DNA of 64,000 nucleotides, from NCBI GenBank assembly GCA_965262635.1, contig OZ253547.1:2257598-2321597 (forward strand), in the 5' to 3' direction. The notes under the pieces were generated by a model. It was not told the DNA's origin. It worked only from the letters and a program-made list of their open reading frames with translations, and did not search any database. Every line of letters starts with the position of its first letter. Within the stretch, counting starts at the first letter, position 1. Source of the DNA: Candidatus Versatilivorator sp. (GTDB lineage Bacteria; Acidobacteriota; Terriglobia; Versatilivoradales; Versatilivoraceae). The translations under genes and the position numbers were made by a program. Of this stretch, positions 10,023 to 21,586 are shown in pieces.

Positions 10023-10835
10023 ATGCCCTTTCTGAATCTCCCCACCGGGGTCCGTGTCCACTATGATCGCCAGGGAGAGGGACCGCCTCTGATCCTCATC
10101 ATGGGCACAGGGCTGGACTGCTCCTGCTGGAACCCCCAAGTGGAAGCCTACCAAAAGGGATTTGACTGTATCCGCTTCGATAACCGAGGCACGGGAAAAA
10201 CGAAGGCCCCTCCCGTCAAGCTGAGTGTTCCTCTGATGGCTGAGGATACGGCCGCCCTGCTGGCGTCCCTGGAAGTGGGTCCGGCCCATGTCTCGGGGTT
10301 GTCATTGGGTTCCTGCATTGCCCAGGAATTGACCTTGAACCACCCCGAGCTGGTCTTGACCCTTCAACTTCATGGGACCTGGGGCCGAGCGCACGGATAC
10401 GCCGCCAGAAAATTCAGGGCTCAGCTCAAGCTGTTGGAGCAATTCGATCTTGCCTCCTTTTATGCCATCAACGTGTTGTGGTTCATCACCCCGGAAACCA
10501 TGCATCGCCATCCCGATCGTGTGGAGCAACAAATTCGGCATATCGTCCGAAACGCCCCGGAACGAGAGATGCTCAGGCAGCAGTACCAGGCGGATCTGGA
10601 TCATGACACCCTTGATCGTCTGCACCAGATCGAGGTGCCAACCCTGGTCACGGTGGGAAGCTTCGATCTCGCTCTTCCCCCGATTTATGCTCGAGAAGTC
10701 GCCGCCGCCATCCCCAACAGCGAGTTGGTGATTTTTCGGAATGGCGGCCATCTGCACAACATCGAGCGGCCGGAAGAATTCAATCGAGTGACCCTCGACT
10801 TTCTCCATCGCCATCGGGCCCCGCAGCCCATCTGA
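10023..10835 (+). CDS. Alpha/beta fold hydrolase
   Basis: FDNRGTG, GLSLG nucleophile elbow, G-x-x-D and GGH catalytic residues. Confidence 0.88.
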   Translation: MPFLNLPTGVRVHYDRQGEGPPLILIMGTGLDCSCWNPQVEAYQKGFDCIRFDNRGTGKTKAPPVKLSVPLMAEDTAALLASLEVGPAHVSGLSLGSCIAQELTLNHPELVLTLQLHGTWGRAHGYAARKFRAQLKLLEQFDLASFYAINVLWFITPETMHRHPDRVEQQIRHIVRNAPEREMLRQQYQADLDHDTLDRLHQIEVPTLVTVGSFDLALPPIYAREVAAAIPNSELVIFRNGGHLHNIERPEEFNRVTLDFLHRHRAPQPI

Positions 10836-11026
10836 ATCGAGGCCATGCCGGAACGGAAACGATCTGCTCCGACAGCTGCCGATCGCGGGTCGAACCGGAC
10901 CGGCAGGCTTCCCGGACCGGTCCGGAGACCCGGCTTACCAAACGGGACTTCCGAAGTTTGGTGTGAGTGTTGCGTCGCCGCTGGCAAACCGGCTAATCTT
11001 GAAGCCAGGAGTTCTCGCTGCCTCCC

Positions 11027-12184
11027 ATGACAATACAATCCCTGACCCAATTGACGGATGAGGAGGAACTGTTCCGCGATGCCGTCCGCGCCTTCGCCGA
11101 ATCCGAAATCGGTCCCCGTGTCAAGGAAATGGACGACCGGCAGCAGTTCGACCCCGATCTCCTGCGCCAATTTTTCGCATTGAACCTGATGGGCATTCAA
11201 ATTCCCCAGCATTGGGGGGGAGCCGAGGGCAGCTTCTTCATGTCGGTTCTGGCGGTGGAAGAGCTGTCCCGGGTGGACCCCTCTGCCGCTGTGATCGTGG
11301 ATGTCCAGAATACTCTGGTTAACAATGCCTTGCTGAATTGGGGCAGCCAGACGCAAAAATCCCGTTATCTTCCCCGGTTGGCCACTGGCTCAGTGGGGGC
11401 CTACGCGCTGTCGGAGGCAGCGGCCGGCAGCGATGCCTTCGCACTCCAGACCCGGGCGGCAGAAAAAGACGGCACCTATTTTCTGAGCGGCCAGAAGCTC
11501 TGGACCACCAATGCGCTGGAGGCAGACCTGTTCATCATTTTTGCAACCCTTGACCGCAGCCTGGGATATCGGGGGATTACTGCCTTCCTCGTAGAGAAGG
11601 ACTTTCCCGGATTTTCGGTGGGCAAGAAGGAGGAAAAGCTGGGCATCCGCGCCAGCAGCACCTGCGAGCTGGTGCTGGACCATTGCAGGGTTCCCGGAGA
11701 GAATGTCCTGGGAGAACTCGGAAAGGGTTACAAGGTCTCCATCGAAACGCTCAATGAAGGCAGAATCGGAATCGCCGCTCAGATGATCGGGTTGGCGGCC
11801 GGAGCGCTCGAACACGCGAGCCGCTACGTGAAAGAGCGGCGCCAGTTCGGCCAGCCCCTGTCCAAATTTCAAGCCATCCGCTTCCAGATCGCCGAGCTGT
11901 CCACCGAACTTGAGGCCGCTCGCCTGTTGACCTACAACGCGGCCCGGATGAAGGACGCCGGGATGGGGTTCCTCAAGGAGGCGGCCATGGCCAAATACTA
12001 TGCTTCCAAGGTGGCTGAGCGGATCGCCTCGGAGGTGATCGAGATCTTTGGCGGCTACGGCTATACCAGAGACTACCCGGTCGAGAAATTCTACCGAGAT
12101 GCGAAAATCGGCAAGATCTACGAAGGAACCTCGTTCATGCAGCTCGAGACCATCGCCCGGGCGTTGTTGAAGGATCGGTCCTGA
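11027..12184 (+). CDS. Acyl-CoA dehydrogenase (short/branched-chain type)
   Basis: YALSEAAAGSD, KLGIRASST, FGGYGY, KIYEGTS. Confidence 0.93.
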   Translation: MTIQSLTQLTDEEELFRDAVRAFAESEIGPRVKEMDDRQQFDPDLLRQFFALNLMGIQIPQHWGGAEGSFFMSVLAVEELSRVDPSAAVIVDVQNTLVNNALLNWGSQTQKSRYLPRLATGSVGAYALSEAAAGSDAFALQTRAAEKDGTYFLSGQKLWTTNALEADLFIIFATLDRSLGYRGITAFLVEKDFPGFSVGKKEEKLGIRASSTCELVLDHCRVPGENVLGELGKGYKVSIETLNEGRIGIAAQMIGLAAGALEHASRYVKERRQFGQPLSKFQAIRFQIAELSTELEAARLLTYNAARMKDAGMGFLKEAAMAKYYASKVAERIASEVIEIFGGYGYTRDYPVEKFYRDAKIGKIYEGTSFMQLETIARALLKDRS

Positions 12185-12185
12185 A

Positions 12186-12587
12186 ATGACTGAAAAAACC
12201 GGTCTTCTGATTATCGATCACGGAAGCCGCCGACAGGACGCCAATCAAGTGGTGCGCCGGGTTGCCGAAATGGTGCGGGAGAAGTCGCATTTCCTGATTG
12301 TTCAGCATGCGCATATGGAATTGGCTGAGCCCACCATTCGACAGGGATTCGAGACTTGCGTGGCGGCCGGAGTGGATGAGATCGTGGTCCAACCCTATTT
12401 CCTGGGTCCGGGACGGCACTCCACCACCGACATCCCCAGGATGGTCGAGGAGGTGGCCCAAAAACATCCCCAGGTAGGCATCCGCCTCGGCGCCCCACTG
12501 GGGGCCCATCCCAAAATGGGAGAGCTGATTCTGGAGCGCATCAGACAGACGGAGATCCTCCGCCACTCCACCGATGCAGAGAGCTAA
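12186..12587 (+). CDS. CbiX/SirB small chelatase-family protein
   Basis: DHGSR, MELAEP, PYFL-x-PGRH, PLG-x-HP. Confidence 0.85.
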   Translation: MTEKTGLLIIDHGSRRQDANQVVRRVAEMVREKSHFLIVQHAHMELAEPTIRQGFETCVAAGVDEIVVQPYFLGPGRHSTTDIPRMVEEVAQKHPQVGIRLGAPLGAHPKMGELILERIRQTEILRHSTDAES

Positions 12588-13497
12588 GGCACTTCAACCA
12601 GGGGACACCGTCGGCATTGCAGCCCCGGCGGGGTGCGTCCAGCGACCGGATTTGCTGAGCGGGGTTTCCGAGATCCGGAGACTGGGCTACCGCGTCCACT
12701 ACAACGACTCCCTGTTTTCCAGACACCAGTACTTCGCGGGCTCCCACCGGCAACGGGCGGAATCACTCATGAATCTGTTCACCGACCCCGGCGTGAAAGC
12801 GATTTTTTGCGCCCGGGGCGGTTACGGCTGCCAACACCTGCTGGACCTGCTGGATCCGAAGACCCTGCAGGCGCATCCCAAGATTTTTCTGGGGTACAGC
12901 GATGTCACTGTTCTGCTGCAATTCCTGGAAAATCAGTGCGGCCTGGTCTGTTTCCACGGTCCCATGGTAGCCAAGGAGTTCGCCCAGGGAGAGCCCTGCT
13001 ACGTCCGCGAAAACCTGCTGCACTGTCTGACGGGAACTCGGCCCGGCCGAAGGCTCCACTCCCCCGGCAGCCTGACCCTCCGATCCGGAACCGCTCGCGG
13101 ACGATTGACCGGGGGATGCTTGTCGCTTCTGGTTGCCTCCCTGGGTACGCCCTATGAATTGCAGTCTCAGGACAGGATCCTCTTTCTGGAGGACATCAAC
13201 GCCAAACCCTACCAGGTGGACCGGATGTTGATGCAGCTCAAGCTGGCAGGGAAACTGCAGGGGGTGCGTGCCTTTATTTTCGGCGAAATGCTCGACTGCA
13301 GCCAAGCCGGGCAAGCACCGGCCATACCGGAGATTGCCTTGAGCCTGTTGAAGGAATTTCAGGTCCCCATCTGGTACGGCCTGCCTTCGGGACACACCAG
13401 CACCGGGAACCTGACCCTCCCCTTTGGCGTGGAGGTACGATTGGACGCCGGGCAGCGGTGGCTCCAGTTCGAGGAAGCCGCCGTGGTGGCAGGATGA
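12574..13497 (+). CDS. ldcA: LD-carboxypeptidase (S66)
   Basis: RGGYG, GYSDVT, HGPM, LFLED, GH; adjacent to mpl. Confidence 0.88.
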   Translation: MQRAKALQPGDTVGIAAPAGCVQRPDLLSGVSEIRRLGYRVHYNDSLFSRHQYFAGSHRQRAESLMNLFTDPGVKAIFCARGGYGCQHLLDLLDPKTLQAHPKIFLGYSDVTVLLQFLENQCGLVCFHGPMVAKEFAQGEPCYVRENLLHCLTGTRPGRRLHSPGSLTLRSGTARGRLTGGCLSLLVASLGTPYELQSQDRILFLEDINAKPYQVDRMLMQLKLAGKLQGVRAFIFGEMLDCSQAGQAPAIPEIALSLLKEFQVPIWYGLPSGHTSTGNLTLPFGVEVRLDAGQRWLQFEEAAVVAG

Positions 13498-13569
13498 GTC
13501 CCGGCGGCGCCGTTCTCAGCCAGGCGGAATACCCCACCCGGTCGGCCTCCGCAATTGAGAGGTCTGCCG

Positions 13570-14988
13570 ATGGTTGATTGTCTCCACGGCGTCAGACACA
13601 TCCACTTGGTCGGAATCTGCGGTACGGGGATGGCCTCGCTGGCGGGCATGCTCCAGCAGAAGGGGCTTCGTGTCACCGGCTCCGACCGGAATGTCTATCC
13701 TCCCATGTCCACCTTCCTGCAGGATCGGGGCATCGCGATCCTCCAGGGGTTTTCCGAATCCCATCTCAGGCCCCGCCCCGATCTGGTGGTGATCGGCAAC
13801 GCGGTCTCCCGAGGCAATCCGGAAGTGGAGGTGACGCTCGACGAGAAAATACCCTATCGTTCCCTGCCGGAGATCCTCAAGGAAGTCTTCATTCGCGGGA
13901 AAACCTCGGTGGTGGTGGCCGGGACTCACGGAAAGACAACCACCACAGCCCTGCTGACCTGGCTGCTCGAGTCCGCCGGACTGCAGCCATCTTTTCTGAT
14001 TGGAGGCATCGCCCGCAATTTCAACAGCAGCTTCCGGGTGGCCGATGGAGAGCACTTTGTAATTGAAGGAGACGAGTACGACACCGCCTTCTTTGACAAA
14101 AGCCCCAAATTCCTGCACTACCTGCCCGATGTGGTCGTTTTCAACAACTGCGAGTACGACCATGCCGACATCTATCCCGATTTTTCGGCGGTAAAACAGA
14201 GTTTTCGACGACTGCTCAACATTATCCCCTCCAAAGGGGCACTGGTCGCGGGCTGGGATGATGCGGTGGTGCGAAAGCTGAGCGCTGATTCGCCCACCAC
14301 GGTCATTTCCTTCGGAATCGACCCGGCTGCCCAATGGACCGCGTCCGCCATCCGGTTTCTGGAACAGTCCACCCGCTTTCAGGCGTTGCGAGGCAGCGAG
14401 GATTGGGGCCAATTCGAGATCCCGCTGGCCGGAAGCTTCAACGTCAGGAACGCACTGGCGGCCCTGGCATGCGCCCACCGACTGGGCCTTTCCCGGGAAA
14501 CCATTGGCCGTGGATTTCGCTCCTTCAAGAGCGTGAAGCGACGCCTGGAGAACCGCGGTGAAGTGGCAGGGATCACCGTTTTCGACGATTTCGCCCACCA
14601 TCCCACGGCCATTGCCGCCACCCTGGCCGCCATCAGGAACCGCTTTCCCAAAAACCGGGTGTGGGCGATTTTCGAACCCCGGTCCGCCACCTCCCGCCGC
14701 CGGGTATTTCAGAAGGCATTTTCCCGTTGTTTCGCAGATGCCGACCACGTAATATTATGCTCGATCTTCGCTCCCGAGAAGCTGGCTCCCGAACTTCGGC
14801 TTGACCTGGATCAGTTGGTGGGAGACTTGAGGAACCAGGGCTGCGACGCCCACTGTTTGCCCTCCGCCGGCGAGATCGTTGAACAGATCGCGCCCCGCCT
14901 TCGAACGGGCGACAAGGTGGTGATCATGTCGAACGGCGGCTTCGACGGCATTCATGCCAGACTCCTGGCCAGGCTCAGCCGGGATTGA
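13570..14988 (+). CDS. mpl: Murein peptide ligase
   Basis: GICGTGMASLA, YPPMST, GTHGKTTT, EGDEYDTAFFDK, DDFAHHPTAI, MSNGGF. Confidence 0.93.
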   Translation: MVDCLHGVRHIHLVGICGTGMASLAGMLQQKGLRVTGSDRNVYPPMSTFLQDRGIAILQGFSESHLRPRPDLVVIGNAVSRGNPEVEVTLDEKIPYRSLPEILKEVFIRGKTSVVVAGTHGKTTTTALLTWLLESAGLQPSFLIGGIARNFNSSFRVADGEHFVIEGDEYDTAFFDKSPKFLHYLPDVVVFNNCEYDHADIYPDFSAVKQSFRRLLNIIPSKGALVAGWDDAVVRKLSADSPTTVISFGIDPAAQWTASAIRFLEQSTRFQALRGSEDWGQFEIPLAGSFNVRNALAALACAHRLGLSRETIGRGFRSFKSVKRRLENRGEVAGITVFDDFAHHPTAIAATLAAIRNRFPKNRVWAIFEPRSATSRRRVFQKAFSRCFADADHVILCSIFAPEKLAPELRLDLDQLVGDLRNQGCDAHCLPSAGEIVEQIAPRLRTGDKVVIMSNGGFDGIHARLLARLSRD

Positions 14989-15036
14989 GAAGTCAGCAAC
15001 CGGAACAGAGTCGCAGCGGCCTCGTGCGCGGGAACC

Positions 15037-15495
15037 ATGGCCTTCCCCCCCAACCCGGACAGCAACCCTCCCATCATGAATTTTGCACCCTCAGTCGGGC
15101 ACGTTCACCTGTCTTACTCGCTTGTCTGCGACGACGTCCGCCTGGAAGCTGGAAACAAGCTCAGTATCATGGGGATCTTTCAGGACATCTACCTGCCGTC
15201 GCTGCCCTCCACGGTGCTCCGGTTCGCCCTGGTGAACCACTGGGTGGGCCAGGGGCGGCACCAGACACAGATTCAACTGCTCTCTCCCGGCCGCGGCAAG
15301 ACCCTCATGAAGACCAATCCCTCCAAATTCTCCCTGGATCCCCGGAGCTTCGCCGACAACGTAACCCTCTTCAACAACCTGGGCTTTGCGGAATATGGAA
15401 CCCATATTCTGCAGGTCTACCTCGACGGATTCATGGTGAAGGAACTGCCGTTGAACGTTCTGCAGCCCCCAACCTCCAGCACCAGGGTCAATTAA
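15037..15495 (+). CDS. Hypothetical beta-rich protein (DUF6941-like)
   Basis: CDDVR-x-E-x-x-NKLSIMGIF pattern; start could also be 15076. Confidence 0.65.
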   Translation: MAFPPNPDSNPPIMNFAPSVGHVHLSYSLVCDDVRLEAGNKLSIMGIFQDIYLPSLPSTVLRFALVNHWVGQGRHQTQIQLLSPGRGKTLMKTNPSKFSLDPRSFADNVTLFNNLGFAEYGTHILQVYLDGFMVKELPLNVLQPPTSSTRVN

Positions 15496-15523
15496 CCACA
15501 ACTCCCGTTGGTTAAGGGTCACC

Positions 15524-15667
15524 CTTGTCTGAAACAAAACCTGTTTCACTCTCGAATGATCCGCCCCGTCGTGGGGGGCGGAGGCCCGACTTGTCTGAAA
15601 CAAAACCTGTTTCACTCTCGAATGATCCGCCCCGTCGTGGGGGGCGGGGGCCCGACTTGCCTGAAAC
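15524..15667. repeat. 66-bp tandem repeat (2 copies plus a partial)
   Basis: CTTGTCTGAAACAAAACCTG...GAATGATCCGC unit starts at 15524, 15590 and 15656; a related unit lies at about 56288-56340. Confidence 0.85.
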
Positions 15668-15940
15668 CAATCGAGGGGGTTATCAGCGAAGGGCCAAAAA
15701 AGAAATCCACGAAGAGGATCCACGAAGAGCACGAAGGGAAAAAGAGTTATCCACGAAGGGACACGAAGATTCACGAAGGGCCACTAAGGGGTTGGAGTAG
15801 ACTCAACAGGGATCCGCCAAAGGTCGGGAAGGGCGCTAAAGTATCTGTTACGGAGTAAGAAGATTAATCCGCGAAGGAACTCCAAGGGGTTAGAAAAGAC
15901 TCGAAAGGGATCCGTGAAGGGCCACAAAGAACGACACTAA

Positions 15941-17242
15941 GGACTCTCGCCAAAATAAACTAACCGTTTTAAACACCATCTGGTATGCTTGACGTCATGG
16001 AAGACATGACGCAGGCGGTACGGGACAAGTTCACGATGATGGGTCCGTGGCTGGGCGAACGGACGCGCCGCCTCTGGGCGGCGTCGGAAGCGCGCGCCAT
16101 CGGACGGGGTGGGATCCGGCAGGTGTCTGAGGCGACGGGGATGTCGCGCAGCACGGTGCGAGCCGGGCTGAAGGAACTGGAGACTGGCCAGCCGCTTCCG
16201 GTTGAATCGACGGGGGGACGCTTGCGTAGTCCAGGGGGTGGGCGCAAGCGGTTGACCGAACGCGATCCAAGATTGGCGGCGGCGTTGGAGGGTCAACTCG
16301 ATCCGGTCACGCGGGGCGACCCGACGGGGCCGCTGCGCTGGACGTGCAGCAGCGCGGCGCGACTCGCCGAACGACTGCGAGGCGAAGGGCACCGGGTCAG
16401 CGAGCGCACGGTGAATCGACTGCTGCATGAGATGGGCTACAGCCTGCAGGGGAATCGCAAGACCTTGGAAGGGCGACAGCATCCGGACCGGGACGCGCAG
16501 TTCCGCCACATCAGCAGGCGGGTCGAGGCCTTTCAGCGGCAAGGGCAGCCGGTGGTGTCGGTCGACACCAAGAAGAAGGAGCTGATTGGTCCCTATCGTA
16601 ACGGCGGACGGGAGTGGCGACCCAAGGGGGAGCCGGAAGCGGTCAAAGTGCACGACTTTGTCGATCCGGAACTGGGCAAGGCGATTCCTTATGGGGTCTA
16701 CGACATGACGGCGAATGCCGGTTGGGTCAGCGTGGGGGTGGATCACGACACGGCCGAGTTTGCGGTGGAGACGGTGCGGCGGTGGTGGCGGCAGATGGGT
16801 CGTCTTGCCTACCCCCAGGCCGAACGGCTGTTGATCACAGCCGACGGCGGCGGTTCCAACAGCAGCCGGAGTCGATTGTGGAAGTACGAACTGCAGAATC
16901 TGGCCGATGGGCTCGGCCTGTCGATGTCGGTGTGTCACTTCCCGCCCGGCACGAGCAAGTGGAACAAGATCGAACATCGGATGTTCTGTCATATCACGGA
17001 GAACTGGCGGGGCAGGCCCCTGGTCAGTCGTGAGGTGGTAGTGAACCTGATCGGGGCAACGACCACCAGGGGCGGCTTGGCGGTTCAATCCGAACTGGAC
17101 GAGGGCCGCTATCCGACCGGCAAGAAGATGACCGATGAGCAAATGGCCCGTTTGTCCATCGAGCGGGACGCATTCCATGGCGAGTGGAACTACAGCCTGT
17201 CACCGAGAACGGATAATGGATAGTTTATTGTGGCGAGATTCC
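15941..17242 (+). mobile_element. ISAzo13-family insertion sequence (1302 bp)
   Basis: 22-bp TIRs GGACTCTCGCCAAAATAAACTA and the reverse complement of TAGTTTATTGTGGCGAGATTCC (2 mismatches); TAA duplicated at 15938-15940 and 17243-17245. Confidence 0.93.
15985..17223 (+). CDS. ISAzo13-family transposase
   Basis: HPDRDAQF, SVDTKKKEL, HDTAEFAV, ADGGGSN, PPGTSKWNKIEHR, FHGEWNY. Confidence 0.95.
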   Translation: MLDVMEDMTQAVRDKFTMMGPWLGERTRRLWAASEARAIGRGGIRQVSEATGMSRSTVRAGLKELETGQPLPVESTGGRLRSPGGGRKRLTERDPRLAAALEGQLDPVTRGDPTGPLRWTCSSAARLAERLRGEGHRVSERTVNRLLHEMGYSLQGNRKTLEGRQHPDRDAQFRHISRRVEAFQRQGQPVVSVDTKKKELIGPYRNGGREWRPKGEPEAVKVHDFVDPELGKAIPYGVYDMTANAGWVSVGVDHDTAEFAVETVRRWWRQMGRLAYPQAERLLITADGGGSNSSRSRLWKYELQNLADGLGLSMSVCHFPPGTSKWNKIEHRMFCHITENWRGRPLVSREVVVNLIGATTTRGGLAVQSELDEGRYPTGKKMTDEQMARLSIERDAFHGEWNYSLSPRTDNG

Positions 17243-17296
17243 TAAGTGAAAAAAAGCTATCCACGAAGGACACGAAGTTGCACCAACGTTGCGAAA

Positions 17297-17395
17297 TCAA
17301 TGTAGATTTTGGATCGCTTCAAACGCGCATCCGATCATCGAGCCAGTCAGCTTCCTGTGCAGCAACTTCCCGTCCTGTTAGTCCTGTCCGTCCAT
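17297..17395 (-). pseudogene. GxxExxY-like N-terminal remnant, second copy
   Basis: MDGQD*QDGKLLHRKLTGSMIGCAFEAIQNLH*; 33 nt identical to the copy at 9.48 kb. Confidence 0.55.
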
Positions 17396-17432
17396 GTTTC
17401 CTCGGGAGTCTCTTCAGCCTTGTCCACGACCA

Positions 17433-17659
17433 ATCACTCCCCCCTTGAGGGGGAGGCGGCAAGACAAGGGCGAAGCCCGCAGTCGAACCGGAGGGGGGGA
17501 AGGGGAAGGCACCCACATCCGACTGGCACTGGAAGGAGCAGAACCCCGACGCCTGTATCAATGTGCTGGAAGCGGGGTGTCAGGCATTGGTTGGCCCGCC
17601 ACCGCATCAGCCTTCGCCTGGCGGCTCGGCTTCTGCACCCCCCTCAGCGGGGAGTGATG
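17433..17659. repeat. REPIN-like element of two palindromic CACTCCCC..GGGGAG units
   Basis: Inverted ends ATCACTCCCC / GGGGAGTGAT; both units recur at 29490-29725. Confidence 0.75.
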
Positions 17660-17693
17660 TTGGCCTGGTCGCTATCATCGTCCTGCACGCAAC

Positions 17694-17775
17694 CGTAGGG
17701 GCGTCCCTTGTGGGCGCCCAATCCGGGAATCACCGGGCAACCACAAGGCGGGCAACCACAAGGGTTGCCCCTACG
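17694..17775. repeat. GTAG-type REP doublet
   Basis: CGTAGGGGCGTCCCTTGTGGGCGCCC ... GGGCAACCACAAGGGTTGCCCCTACG in inverted orientation. Confidence 0.8.
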
Positions 17776-17829
17776 TTGGGGAGGTACGGTGTAAACCATG
17801 TTTGGCTTGCACATTGGCACCGCCCGGGG

Positions 17830-18060
17830 GTGCGGGCGGGACGCCCGCGCTCCCAGGAAGCCTTCATCCCATGACATCGTCAGATCAACGGGACAAAGTT
17901 GCAGAAGCATTTGGGCGCCGATTGTCGTTGCGTCGTTGCAGGGGGTCCATCTGTCTTCTGGTCTATTTGTGTTTATTCGTGTCCATTCGTGGTTCGTCTT
18001 TATTGATGATCAACCGTTTTTCCTCGAATGATCCGCACGGCAGGGCGGGGCCCGGCTAAA
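17830..18060. repeat. Composite repeat family B
   Basis: Colinear similarity to 56089-56290, and as reverse complement to 50641-50736. Confidence 0.75.
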
Positions 18061-18065
18061 CAGGT

Positions 18066-18105
18066 ACCTCTTCTCAAAAGTGCAGCCCCCGGTGAGACCT
18101 GCGGG
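18066..18105. mobile_element. Degenerate solo end of MITE family A
   Basis: CTCTTCTCAAAAGTGCAGCCCCCGGTGAGACCTGCGGG resembles the hairpin plus TIR end of the intact copies. Confidence 0.6.
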
Positions 18106-18256
18106 CTGCCGTCGAAAACCAGTTTGAAATTGCGCCAACGCGAGATTTGAGACTAAGATACCAGGCTCCTCCGGAGGTTGGCCGTACTGCAAGCAGGATT
18201 CCGTGGGGAGCTTTCATGGACCGAGTATTGTCGAAGCTGCCGGAGCGGATTTTCTG

Positions 18257-19117
18257 ATGGCGGGTCGATTGATCACCGTAGCCCACAGTCCGGATTCAGA
18301 CGACGCCTTCATGTTCTATGCCTTGGCTGAGAACCGAATCGACAGCGGCGAGTTCGAGTTCCGGCACGTCTTGAAGGATATCGAGACTCTGAATCGAAAC
18401 GCCCTGGAGGGCCGCTACGAGGTCACAGCCATCTCCGTTCATGCCTATGCCTTTTTGTGTGATCGATACAGCCTGCTGGACAGCGGAGCCAGCATGGGAG
18501 ATCGCTATGGTCCTCTGGTGGTCTCCAAGAGACCCATGAGCCCCGGAGATCTCAAGGGCAAGGTGATTGCCATCCCCGGCACCATGACCTCCGCCTATCT
18601 GATTCTGAAGCTCTTCGAGCCCGACTTTACGCCGGTGGTGGTCCCTTTCGACCAGGTATTTCAGGCGGTTGCCGACGATCGTGCCGATGGCGGGCTGGTG
18701 ATTCACGAGGGTCAATTGACCTATGCCAGTCTGGGGCTGCACGCCGTGATGGATCTGGGGGAGTGGTGGCACCGGGACACCGGCCTGCCGCTGCCCCTGG
18801 GTGGCAATGTCATTCGCAAGGACCTCGGATCGACAGCCATTGGCCGGATTGCTCGGATTCTCAAGCAGAGCATTCAATACGGGCTGGATCATCGGGAGCA
18901 GGCCCTGGCCTATGCCATGGGCTTTGCCAGAGACTTGGACCCGCGCCTGGCGGACCGATTCGTGGGCATGTACGTCAATGAAAGAACGCTGGGCTATGGA
19001 GCGCCGGAGCGCCGTGCCGTTCAACTGCTGTTGGACCGGGGGTACCGGAAGGGGATTATCGATCGCCGGGTCCAGGTGGAATTCGCGGACCGGGATTCAT
19101 CGGATGGACAGAATTGA
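18257..19117 (+). CDS. mqnD: 1,4-dihydroxy-6-naphthoate synthase-like protein (futalosine pathway)
   Basis: AHSPDSDDAFMF, DIETLN, IHEGQLTY, LPLPLG, MYVN. Confidence 0.88.
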   Translation: MAGRLITVAHSPDSDDAFMFYALAENRIDSGEFEFRHVLKDIETLNRNALEGRYEVTAISVHAYAFLCDRYSLLDSGASMGDRYGPLVVSKRPMSPGDLKGKVIAIPGTMTSAYLILKLFEPDFTPVVVPFDQVFQAVADDRADGGLVIHEGQLTYASLGLHAVMDLGEWWHRDTGLPLPLGGNVIRKDLGSTAIGRIARILKQSIQYGLDHREQALAYAMGFARDLDPRLADRFVGMYVNERTLGYGAPERRAVQLLLDRGYRKGIIDRRVQVEFADRDSSDGQN

Positions 19118-19198
19118 ATCGGGCTGCTTCACGGGCGTCCAAACATTGACAGGTTCGGAGGGCTCCCCATATAATCTCGGGCCACGAAGCGAGGTTTC

Positions 19199-19525
19199 AT
19201 GTACGCAGTGATCAAAACCGACGGCAAGCAGTACAAGGTGGCCCCCGGGGAAGTGGTCCGCCTTGACAAGATGGAGCAGCAGGTGGGGGACCGGGTCGAA
19301 TTCGACAACGTCCTGGCCATTCAGGACAAGGAGCAGTTCACCATCGGCCGCCCCACAATCGACAACGCCAAGGTCCTGGGGACGGTGGTGGAAACCGGCA
19401 GGGCCAAGAAGATCCGCGTCCTCAAGTTCAAGCGCAGAAAGCAGTATCGCATCCTGAGGGGACACCGTCAGGCGTTCACCGCAGTCAAGATCGACGCCAT
19501 CCAGGCCGAACCGCAGACGGGTTGA
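19199..19525 (+). CDS. rplU: 50S ribosomal protein L21
   Basis: [18 protein letters not shown]. Confidence 0.97.
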   Translation: MYAVIKTDGKQYKVAPGEVVRLDKMEQQVGDRVEFDNVLAIQDKEQFTIGRPTIDNAKVLGTVVETGRAKKIRVLKFKRRKQYRILRGHRQAFTAVKIDAIQAEPQTG

Positions 19526-19538
19526 AGGAGGATACCCC

Positions 19539-19799
19539 ATGGCCCACAAAAAAGGGGTAGGCAGTTCCCGAAATGGCCGCGATTCCAACGCTCAGCGGCT
19601 CGGTGTCAAGCGATTCGACGGGCAGCAGGTCACGGGAGGTTCCATACTGGTCCGCCAGCGGGGGACCAGAATCAAGCCCGGGACCAACGTGGGTCTCGGA
19701 AAAGACGATACCCTCTATGCCCGAATCGGTGGACGGGTGAAGTTCCAAGACAAAGGAAGAAAAGGGCGGTTTGTCAGCATCTATCCCGCGGCTGAGTAG
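19539..19799 (+). CDS. rpmA: 50S ribosomal protein L27
   Basis: [24 protein letters not shown]. Confidence 0.98.
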   Translation: MAHKKGVGSSRNGRDSNAQRLGVKRFDGQQVTGGSILVRQRGTRIKPGTNVGLGKDDTLYARIGGRVKFQDKGRKGRFVSIYPAAE

Positions 19800-19818
19800 G
19801 AAAACTCGATCTGAATGA

Positions 19819-21574
<1,756 letters not shown>

Positions 21575-21586
21575 AGGCCCTATTTG

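Noticed and set aside
9504-10066. Several repetitive ORFs on both strands
   Set aside because: Products of the 182-bp duplication, whose unit length is not a multiple of 3; no coding signal.
15524-15667. Possible CRISPR array
   Set aside because: Contiguous 66-bp units with no unique spacers and no cas genes in the window.
15937-17178. 413-aa ORF antisense to the transposase
   Set aside because: Shadow ORF typical of GC-rich coding DNA; no motifs.
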